A stretch of DNA of 32,000 nt. It comes from Fibrobacterota bacterium. GTDB taxonomy: Bacteria; Fibrobacterota; Fibrobacteria; UBA11236. Positions 19,089 to 26,711 of the stretch are shown here, piece by piece. A program made the position numbers and the translations under genes. The stretch is taken from positions 116,120-148,119 of the forward strand of contig JAQBPN010000007.1 in assembly GCA_028287505.1 (NCBI GenBank), in the 5' to 3' direction. How positions within the stretch are numbered: position 1 is the stretch's first letter; each line of letters starts with the position of its first letter. The notes beneath the pieces were generated by a model. The model worked only from the letters and a program-made list of their open reading frames with translations. It was not told where the DNA came from and did not search any database.

Positions 19089-20941
19089 ACCGGCCTCCCC
19101 GAATGCTTGATTTCGTCGCGGATCCTGTGGAGGAGGCGGCGTTGCGCGGCCTCGGACTCCTTGGGCGTGGCGTCCTTGGAGCCTTCCATGCCCCCGGACA
19201 CCATCATCTGCATGCGTTCCGGCAGCAGGGAAAGGACTTTGGCGCGGATGGGCGCTTCCACGTGGAGGAGGGCCAGGATGAGGGTCTCCTGATCCAGACC
19301 CTGGAGGACGGTGCCCAGGAACTTGTCGGGCAGTCCGACCACTTCCGGCAGGGTAACGTACCGGTTACGTAATTTCTCGCCCAGGCCCAGATCCATTTCG
19401 GAGATGGAGTGGATGTACTGGAACTGCATGTTGAGGGGCAGGCTGTCGATCAATTCCAGGATGCTGTCCACGCCGTCGGCGGCCACGTAGCGCATGTTGC
19501 CCACGTCCAGGGCCTTGAGGGACAGCCGGTCCGCGATTTCCTTGTACACGGTGACCGGGATATGATCGATGTTCCCCATGGCGATCAGGAGCTTGGCCCG
19601 GTTGTCGGGATCCGTTTTCTGCAGGATGCCGCCGGCGACTTCGCCCGGCAATTGCGCCAGCACCAGGCCCACTATCCCCAGGGATTCGTCGCGCAGGATG
19701 TGCATGATCTGCTGTTCGTTCATCTGCAGCAGGAACCCGAACATGTCCTTGTATTGGTCTTCGTCCATGTGGCCGTTGGCCAGGTTCTGGTACTCGCGCT
19801 TGAATTCCTTGTACACGGTGAGCATGTCTTCGGAGGTGGGCGTCTCCCCCGCGTTCATGTGCATTTCCAGCTTTTGCGCGATATCGCGCCCGAGTTCGGG
19901 GGCGATCACGCCCATCAGGCGCGCGTCCAGGCTGGCGATCATGGCGGCGGAGTCGCGCATGCCCTTGTCGGGGTCGCGCTGGATCCAGCTCTTGATGATC
20001 TGGCCGCAATGTTTGGGGCTGCCCACGAAGCAGTTCAGCAGAAAGGGGCGGAAGGCGCCGAGTTCGGAAGGCTGGCCCTTGCCCGCGTCCGCCTTGCGGG
20101 CCGCGGACTCCCTGGGAGGCTCGGGCGCGGGAACGGGGGCGGGCGGATACTTGTCGTTCCGTTCGCCGCGGGACGAACCCATGATGGCCCGCGAGACCAT
20201 CCACACGCAGGCGAGGATAAGCAGGCAGATGATGACCAGGGGAATCAGGGAGGGAAGATGGTCGGTATAGTTGCCGAAGGGATTGGCGGCGGCCTTGTCC
20301 CTGGCATCCTCTTTCTTGGAGGCCGTGTCGTTCTTGGCCGGGGCCTGGGCGGCCGGCATGGGAGGAGGATCCACCGGCTTGCGGTAGTTGGTCAGGGAAC
20401 GGTTGTCGCGCGGGAACACGCCTTCGTGGACGGAGACTCGGTCACCCCGCGGCTCGTCCAGGCGCGTGGCCATGGTCAGCAGATTGCGGATGAACTCCAC
20501 GTCCTTCTGGGAGTATCCGGTATCCACCAGGATGTCCAGGGTAACCGCCTGGATACCCCCGGGATTGCGCGCCGCATCGTCGGCGGAGGGAACCGGAGCG
20601 GAGGGCTGTACGGTTTCCGGCAGGAAAGGAAGTCCCGGCAATTGCTGGGGCATTTCGCCCGAAACGGCGGCGGGGTCGTCCCCGCCCAGTTCCATTTCCG
20701 GCGGCGGTTCCATTTCGACTTTGGCTTTGACGAGATAGGTCGATTCTTCGTAATAGCGCGCGAGCGTGCGCGAGGCGATGTTCTCGTAGTATTGGGCCAG
20801 CTTCGCGGCCTGGTCCAGGGGCGGCCTGGCGCCGGCCATGGAGGGCTGGGCGGTCGCGTGGGCCGCCATCCCCAGAACCAGGGACAGACTTGAGATTTTA
20901 CAGGCGATGGACATGGCAATGCTGATTATACAACCCGGCAT
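19085..20941 (-). CDS. FliF-FliG-like fusion: signal peptide, periplasmic RBM3-like domain, one TM helix, FliG-like cytoplasmic middle/C-terminal domains
   Basis: Residues 131-180 GIQAVTLDILVDTGYSQKDVEFIRNLLTMATRLDEPRGDRVSVHEGVFPRDN match the FliF RBM3 pattern. TM at ~229-251 (LPSLIPLVIICLLILACVWMVSRAI). Residues 523-618 KLRNRYVTLPEVVGLPDKFLGTVLQGLDQETLILALLHVEAPIRAKVLSLLPERMQMMVSGG...ESEAAQRRLLHRIRDEIKHSGRP match the FliG C-terminal domain pattern. Start may be 20914. Confidence 0.8.
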   Translation of the reverse strand: MPGCIISIAMSIACKISSLSLVLGMAAHATAQPSMAGARPPLDQAAKLAQYYENIASRTLARYYEESTYLVKAKVEMEPPPEMELGGDDPAAVSGEMPQQLPGLPFLPETVQPSAPVPSADDAARNPGGIQAVTLDILVDTGYSQKDVEFIRNLLTMATRLDEPRGDRVSVHEGVFPRDNRSLTNYRKPVDPPPMPAAQAPAKNDTASKKEDARDKAAANPFGNYTDHLPSLIPLVIICLLILACVWMVSRAIMGSSRGERNDKYPPAPVPAPEPPRESAARKADAGKGQPSELGAFRPFLLNCFVGSPKHCGQIIKSWIQRDPDKGMRDSAAMIASLDARLMGVIAPELGRDIAQKLEMHMNAGETPTSEDMLTVYKEFKREYQNLANGHMDEDQYKDMFGFLLQMNEQQIMHILRDESLGIVGLVLAQLPGEVAGGILQKTDPDNRAKLLIAMGNIDHIPVTVYKEIADRLSLKALDVGNMRYVAADGVDSILELIDSLPLNMQFQYIHSISEMDLGLGEKLRNRYVTLPEVVGLPDKFLGTVLQGLDQETLILALLHVEAPIRAKVLSLLPERMQMMVSGGMEGSKDATPKESEAAQRRLLHRIRDEIKHSGRPV

Positions 20942-21085
20942 TTGGGGAGACTACGGATTTTCAGTTTGCCCCGGAAAGGACAAAGCTTGATAAAAGCTTA
21001 AAGTTCTACGGATGATTTACCGATAACTTCCGGATGAACCGGCGGCCATGCGAAGGCACGGCCGGGCCGGGAGAAGGGATTGGAC

Positions 21086-22789
21086 ATGTCGATAGGGTTT
21101 CGCCTCGCGATATTCGGCGCCCTCGCCTTGTGCGCATGCGATGACGGCACCGTCCATGTCGTCCGTTTCCCTTCCGGAAAAATCCGCGAAATGTGGACGG
21201 AGAAAGGCCCCAATCCCAAGGCCACCGTGCGCGAGGGTCTCTTCCAATCCTTTTTCCCGGACGGAAGCCGTTCCAGCGCCGTGGAATACCGCGGCGGCGG
21301 CAAGAACGGAAGCGCCAGCATGTGGGATGCCGGGGGCCGGCTCCGATTCAAGGGCGAATACAAAGACGACTTTCTGGTGCGGGAGATCCGTTACGACACG
21401 TCGGGAAAGGTGTCCGCGGATCGCCGTTTCTCCGTCAAAACCGATCGGGTCAAAGCCATCGGCTCTTCCGGGGACTCCCTGACGGTCCCGGAAACCTGCG
21501 CCTGGTCGGAGGCCGCCGGCCGGCCGCCCCTCAAGGACGGCCTTTGCACCATGAAGTATGCGGACGGGAAGGTCATGGCCACGCGCTATTACCAATCCGG
21601 AAGGCTGAACGGCCCCGTAAAGGCCTGGTACCGGGACGGCACGCCCTGGATGGACGGTTCCTACGCGAATGCCATCCCCGCGGGCAGATGGCGCACCTGG
21701 ACCCCCGGCGGAAACCCGCTCTGGTCGGCCGCGTACGACAAAGGAGAACGGGAAGGGGCCTGGGAGGAATGGTTCCCGGACGGCGGTCCGAAATCGAAAT
21801 CAGCCTACCGGAAAGGCAAAGCGGAAGGGGGGTATCAGGAATGGTACCCCAGCGGCAAACCCCGCCTGCGCGGGCAATTCCTGGCGGGGCGCCGGGAAGG
21901 CCAGGAAGCGGCATGGTATCCCGACGGCGCCCGCCTGTATTCCGCCCGTTACGCGGGCGGCCAACTGGAAGGGGATTTCTACCAATGGCACCCGGGCGGC
22001 AAACTGCGCCTGCATTGCCGGTTCGCCAAGGGAAAGAAAGAAGGGGGCAGCCGGGTATGGTATCCCACGGGCGTATTGCAGGAGCAGGCCTATTACAAGG
22101 CGGGGCGCCTGAACGGCTCCTATCGCACCTGGTCCGCGGAGGGCGCGCCCATGGCCATGAAGGAATTCCGCGACGGAGCCGTGGCATTCGACTCCAAGGC
22201 GAAGGAGCTCCTGGATCTCCTGGGGGCGGATCAACTGCGCGTGCCCGTGGGCATGATGGGATTCTACTGGGGCATGGGCGCCAAGGAATGCCGCGCCAAC
22301 CTGGGCCTGTACCAGGCCTCGGACGTGCATGCGAACGACGAGGGGATCACCGCGAAGATGATCGCCTTCCCGGATCGCCGCCCCACCCAGGCGCAAATCC
22401 GGCTCTCGTTCAACGGCCAAGGCGAACTATGGGGCATCAAATTGGATTTGCTCCAGCAATCGTCCGGGGACTTCTTCCCTTTGTGCGAGAACCTGGAAAT
22501 CGAAATCGGCGCGGAATTGGGAACGGCGGGACTGCGCAAGGCGGAAGGCGCATCGGATTACAGCATGACGCGGAAAAGGGATTGGGGGAAGTTCACGGTG
22601 ACCACGGGAACGGCCGGGGGCATCCAACAGGACCTGCCGGTCCTGAGCGCGGAAGGATTCAGCCCCGCCGCCAAGGGGTGGTTCCGCTTTTCCCTGGCCA
22701 ACCACCTCTATCGCGAATACGTGAATCCCGCCAACGCATCCATCACGCCTCCGCGTTGGCAGGAAGAGACCTTCCTCGCCGGACGCTGA
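21086..22789 (+). CDS. MORN_2/YwqK-type repeat lipoprotein (track start 21080 is TTG; ATG at 21086 preferred)
   Basis: LAIFGALALCAC lipobox; repeated YxxGxxxGxWxxWxPxGxxxxxxxY units, e.g. YYQSGRLNGPVKAWYRDGTPWMDGSY, YDKGEREGAWEEWFPDGGPKSKSAY. Confidence 0.8.
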   Translation: MSIGFRLAIFGALALCACDDGTVHVVRFPSGKIREMWTEKGPNPKATVREGLFQSFFPDGSRSSAVEYRGGGKNGSASMWDAGGRLRFKGEYKDDFLVREIRYDTSGKVSADRRFSVKTDRVKAIGSSGDSLTVPETCAWSEAAGRPPLKDGLCTMKYADGKVMATRYYQSGRLNGPVKAWYRDGTPWMDGSYANAIPAGRWRTWTPGGNPLWSAAYDKGEREGAWEEWFPDGGPKSKSAYRKGKAEGGYQEWYPSGKPRLRGQFLAGRREGQEAAWYPDGARLYSARYAGGQLEGDFYQWHPGGKLRLHCRFAKGKKEGGSRVWYPTGVLQEQAYYKAGRLNGSYRTWSAEGAPMAMKEFRDGAVAFDSKAKELLDLLGADQLRVPVGMMGFYWGMGAKECRANLGLYQASDVHANDEGITAKMIAFPDRRPTQAQIRLSFNGQGELWGIKLDLLQQSSGDFFPLCENLEIEIGAELGTAGLRKAEGASDYSMTRKRDWGKFTVTTGTAGGIQQDLPVLSAEGFSPAAKGWFRFSLANHLYREYVNPANASITPPRWQEETFLAGR

Positions 22790-22807
22790 AGGGTTGCGCC
22801 GCCGCGC

Positions 22808-23125
22808 TCAGCGGCTGAGCTGCTTGAGCGTTTTCTGCAGAGCCGTAATCTGCTTCTTGAAGGACTTCAAAGCGACCATGGCGGCGTGCACGCTCTTCAG
22901 CTTGCGGCCGTCGAGGCCCTTGGCGGCGGCGCGTCCGGGCTTGCGGCCGCCGGTTTCGCCGTTCATCCAGCGACGCAACGCAATATAGGAAACGCCGAAT
23001 TTCTTTCCCGCCGCGGAGATGCCGCCGCGGCCCTGGCTGTTCACGAATTCGAGGATCTTCTTTTTCTGATCATCGGTATAGCGCTTGCCTGTATTGCCTT
23101 TTTTCCTCGTCTTAGCCAAAGCCAT
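22808..23125 (-). CDS. Small helix-turn-helix DNA-binding protein (transposase-like HTH)
   Basis: From ATG 23125 with GGGAGAGG ribosome binding site: RYTDDQKKKILEFVNSQGRGGISAAGKKFGVSYIALRRWMNGETGG, then a basic, coiled C-terminus. No transposase catalytic domain. Confidence 0.65.
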   Translation of the reverse strand: MALAKTRKKGNTGKRYTDDQKKKILEFVNSQGRGGISAAGKKFGVSYIALRRWMNGETGGRKPGRAAAKGLDGRKLKSVHAAMVALKSFKKQITALQKTLKQLSR

Positions 23126-23241
23126 GTCCTCTCCCGGGGGTATTATGCCTCTCTGAAGAGAAGGCAAAAGTAATAATGATTTAATTTAAATAAAGAAACG
23201 GCTTTAGCAAAATTAATAGTGGGGAAAATTAACAGATTTCC

Positions 23242-24696
23242 CTATTCGGCGAATTCCCGCGGGGAAAATGCGTTCATCGTGTACCAGAAATCCGGCGTCC
23301 AGATTTCACCGCCTTGCCTGGATTTGATTCCGTCCAAGTGAACGTGCGCCACCTGCTGAGGACGCAGCCCTTCCATTTCCAGATAGTACCGCAACCCATC
23401 CTTGGAGGCATGGAGCGATTTCACGGGCACCGGGGAAATATCCTTCTGGGGCCCCCCGTACGCTTCCGTCGGTTCGTACCACCATTGTTTCGCCTGGTAA
23501 CGCGCCGGTTCCATGGCCTCGGCGCCGGGAGGCGCCGAAAAAACCACCTCGAATCCGCCCCGCACCGAATGCACGGAGAGGATTTCGAAAACCTTTTTCC
23601 CGTTCGGCTTCATCCGTTGCAGACCGAATTTCTTTTCCCGCCATCCCCAATTCTGGGTATCCCCGTTCCCGAGCCCGCCCAGGTAAAGGGATCCGTCCGG
23701 ACCCGCGAGCATGCGATGGACGCCCGCTTCGAAACCTCCGGAGAAACGCAGCGCGCATCCCTGCCACTCCCCGGCGACCTTTTCCACGAAGAGGCGGCGC
23801 ACCACTCCGAAAGCGATATCGCCGACGAAGAACTGTCCCGCGTAGGGACCCGTGGCGGCATAGACCGGCTGGGTGGGGGATTTCGAGACCACGCCGTACG
23901 GCAGCCACACCGCGGGCGGCGCCGGGTACCTTTCATCGAACGCCCCGGCGGGCTTGATGTGATGTCCATATGTGCGTCCCGGCACGATATGGATGAACTT
24001 GGAGGCCGGCAGCCAGCTCCCCTGGTTGTCGGTGGCGAACAACCCGCTGTCGGGTCCCAGGCACAGCCCGTCGGGAGCGCGCAGACCGGTCGCGACGATG
24101 TCCAGCTTGCCTTCCCGGGTCATGGAAACCAGCGACCCGCGGCGGGAATCCTTCTGCGGCACCAGGGTGTTCCCGGTCTGGGAGGCGGCCACGGAAAGGC
24201 CCGTGAAGAACCGGCCCTCCTTGTGGACCAGGCCGAACGACCATTCATGGAATGACCCCGTGAAGGGAAGCGCGCCCACCCGGGCCCTGGTTTCCGGCAG
24301 TCCGTCCCCGTCGCCGTCGGTTAGGGCATAGATTGCATCCTGATCGGCCGCGAACAGGGTATCCCCCACCGCGGTCAGGCCCATCAACTCCTTGAAGCCG
24401 CCGGCGGCTTTGCGCGCTTTCATCGCCTTGACGGGGCCATCGTAACCGCTGAGGACATATACTTCGTTGGGGCGCCAGGTGCTCACCGCCATGCGCCCGC
24501 CCGGCAGGAACTCCATCCCGGTCACGCCGGGCTCGAAGCCTTTGGGCCGGATGACGGTAAGGTCGAACCCGGGGTGCACCCGGTCCTCTTCCTGCTCCGC
24601 GGCCGCGAAAGCGGCGGAACAGAAAAAAAGGCCCAGACAAACGGACACCATCGGCAAATGCGGATTTTCCATACGCTCCTCATAAAGCTTTTCCAC
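23242..24696 (-). CDS. Secreted soluble PQQ-glucose/sorbosone dehydrogenase-like beta-propeller (likely start 24672)
   Basis: GFDLTVIRPKGFEPGVTGMEFLPGGRMAVSTWRPNEVYVLSG...DGLCLGPDSGLFATDNQGSWLPASKFIHI...HRMLAGPDGSLYLGGLG. Confidence 0.65.
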   Translation of the reverse strand: MEKLYEERMENPHLPMVSVCLGLFFCSAAFAAAEQEEDRVHPGFDLTVIRPKGFEPGVTGMEFLPGGRMAVSTWRPNEVYVLSGYDGPVKAMKARKAAGGFKELMGLTAVGDTLFAADQDAIYALTDGDGDGLPETRARVGALPFTGSFHEWSFGLVHKEGRFFTGLSVAASQTGNTLVPQKDSRRGSLVSMTREGKLDIVATGLRAPDGLCLGPDSGLFATDNQGSWLPASKFIHIVPGRTYGHHIKPAGAFDERYPAPPAVWLPYGVVSKSPTQPVYAATGPYAGQFFVGDIAFGVVRRLFVEKVAGEWQGCALRFSGGFEAGVHRMLAGPDGSLYLGGLGNGDTQNWGWREKKFGLQRMKPNGKKVFEILSVHSVRGGFEVVFSAPPGAEAMEPARYQAKQWWYEPTEAYGGPQKDISPVPVKSLHASKDGLRYYLEMEGLRPQQVAHVHLDGIKSRQGGEIWTPDFWYTMNAFSPREFAE

Positions 24697-24821
24697 AACT
24701 TAACAAGCCGCGGCCGGCGCGGCGATGCCTCCCGCCCCGCCGTGCCCGCCGGAACGGCCGCCCGTTTTTCTGCCCGGATGATTCATGAAATAGTAAGTAC
24801 TATTAACTATATTTCAGGGGT

Positions 24822-25352
24822 ATGGATGCATTTTTCCGCACCGTCTTCGCCGCGGGTCCGCCCGGCCTGGGACTGCGACCGCGCCCCGGCAGCCTGGACG
24901 CGGCTTCCGTGCGCAAGGCCGTTTCCGCCCAGGTAAGGCCCAGCGCCAAAAGCCCGACGCCGGACAGGATCCGCCTGCTCGAAGGCATCTCACTCCTCTG
25001 GAACGATTGCTGGAAGGAAGCCCATGAAATCGCCCAGGCCAGGGAAGGCGAACGCGATTTCGACCTGCTGCACGCCATCCTCCATCGCCGCGAGGGCGAT
25101 TATCCCAATGCCGCCTATTGGTTCCGGGAGGTGGGGAAACATCCCTGTTACCTTATCCTGGAGAAGAGGATCGCCCCTTTCCTGGACGGGGAATCCGCCG
25201 CCGTCCTGATGCCGGACGGGCGCTGGTCGGCCCTCGCCTTCATCGATCGCGTCCGCGGCCATGCGCGGGAATCCGGCGAAACCGCCGGTTTTCCGGAACG
25301 CGTGCAAGCCGAGGAATTCCGCGCATTCGCGGAATGGCTGTTGGCATACTAA
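24822..25352 (+). CDS. Hypothetical protein (conserved small globular type)
   Basis: 176 aa ORF: LLEGISLLWNDCWKEAHEIAQAREGERDFDLLHAILHRREGDYPNAAYWFREVGKHPCY. Composition is coding-like. Confidence 0.65.
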   Translation: MDAFFRTVFAAGPPGLGLRPRPGSLDAASVRKAVSAQVRPSAKSPTPDRIRLLEGISLLWNDCWKEAHEIAQAREGERDFDLLHAILHRREGDYPNAAYWFREVGKHPCYLILEKRIAPFLDGESAAVLMPDGRWSALAFIDRVRGHARESGETAGFPERVQAEEFRAFAEWLLAY

Positions 25353-25487
25353 TGGCTTGGCAAAGCGGCGGATACCGCCTGAACCGCCTGAATTCCGCGA
25401 TCCGGAAAAGGCGGTTTTTTTCCATTGCCCCGGGTCGGTCAAAACATATCTTCATCTTAGACTTGCACTACGGAAAGGTGGTCTGAA

Positions 25488-25655
25488 ATGTTGAATGCCG
25501 CAATTCTTTTCCTGATTGTCGCCTTGGTAGCAGCCGTATTGGGTTTCGGCGGTATTGCCGGAACGGCGGCCGGCATCGCCAAAATCCTCTTTTTCGTCTT
25601 TTTGGTCCTGGCCGTGATTTCCTTTCTGACAGGTAGACGCGGAACGACGATTTAG
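25488..25655 (+). CDS. DUF1328/YtjA-family small membrane protein (55 aa), absent from the ORF track
   Basis: Direct translation: [55 protein letters not shown]. The [26 protein letters not shown] pattern is diagnostic. Confidence 0.9.
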   Translation: MLNAAILFLIVALVAAVLGFGGIAGTAAGIAKILFFVFLVLAVISFLTGRRGTTI

Positions 25656-25846
25656 ACACCGCATTTTCCGCATCGGTCCGGCCTATTCGGCAAGGAGGCC
25701 GCGGTTTCAACCCTGAAGCCGCGGCCTCTTTCGTTCCGGGACGCCGTTTCCCCGGCAAAACGGGATCAGCGGGATCATTGCCCGCGGCTCCGGGTTATAT
25801 TTTCCTCCGTCCGGACCAGGCCCGGAAAACGGATCCAGGAGGAAAA

Positions 25847-26644
25847 ATGCTCATCAAAGAAGACAGCGCGGATATCGCAACCCCCAACGGTTCCATGCGC
25901 GTGCATCGGTTCCAGCCGGCCGGGGGCGGACCCTTTCCCGGCCTGATCCTGTTTTCGGAAATATTCCAGGTCACGGGACCCATCCAGCGCACTGCGCGCC
26001 GGTTGGCGTCGCATGGCTATCTGGTGGCCGCGCCCGAAGTCTATCACGAGTTCGAACCCGCGGGCTGCGCCCTGGCCTATGACAAGGACGGCACCGACAA
26101 GGGGAACCGTTACAAGATCGAAAAGGAACTCGCCGCCTACGATGCCGATGCGCGGGCCGTGATCGCCCACCTGAAATCCCTGCCGCAATGCACGGGAAAG
26201 CTGGGATCCATAGGCATTTGCCTGGGCGGCCACCTGAGTTTCCGTTGCGCCATGAACCCGGAAATCCTGGCCGGGGTCTGCCTCTATGCCACCGACATCC
26301 ACAAGCGCAGCCTGGGCAAAGGGATGCAGGACGATTCCCTGGATCGGATTCCGGAACTCAAAGGGGAGATGCTCATGATCTACGGGAAGCAGGATCCGCA
26401 CGTGCCCCAGGAAGGCCGCGATCTCATCTATCGGACGATGACTTCGGCAGGGGTCGATTTCACCTGGCACGAATTCAACGCCCAGCACGCTTTCATCAGG
26501 GACGAAGGGCCGCGTTACGACGCCGCCCTGGCGGATATCTGCTATGCCTTGGCTCTGGAGCTGTTCGGCCGCAGACTGCAAACCGGTTTTTTGGAAGCCC
26601 CCGCGGGCGCGGCTCCGGCTCCGGGACCACTCAAACTGGGGTAA
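25847..26644 (+). CDS. Dienelactone hydrolase family protein
   Basis: PGLILFSEIFQVTGPIQRTARRLASHGYLVAAPEVYHEF...GKLGSIGICLGGHLSFRCA...LMIYGKQDPHVPQEGRDLI...HEFNAQHAFIRDEGPRYDAALAD: Cys nucleophile (GxCxGG), Asp, His. GGAGG ribosome binding site before ATG 25847. Confidence 0.88.
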   Translation: MLIKEDSADIATPNGSMRVHRFQPAGGGPFPGLILFSEIFQVTGPIQRTARRLASHGYLVAAPEVYHEFEPAGCALAYDKDGTDKGNRYKIEKELAAYDADARAVIAHLKSLPQCTGKLGSIGICLGGHLSFRCAMNPEILAGVCLYATDIHKRSLGKGMQDDSLDRIPELKGEMLMIYGKQDPHVPQEGRDLIYRTMTSAGVDFTWHEFNAQHAFIRDEGPRYDAALADICYALALELFGRRLQTGFLEAPAGAAPAPGPLKLG

Positions 26645-26711
26645 CCCAGCGGCTACCCTAAATCGAGATTGCTTCGGGGTGCATTAATCAAATCAATGCA
26701 CCCCGGAATAT

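Noticed and set aside
19409-20893. 494-aa plus-strand ORF opposite the FliF-FliG-like gene
   Set aside because: Antisense of a clearly coding frame; composition is H/V/G-rich without motifs.
20982-20999. AAGCTT..AAGCTT double HindIII-like site in the divergent promoter region
   Set aside because: Short AT-rich coincidence; no extended symmetry or known regulator motif.
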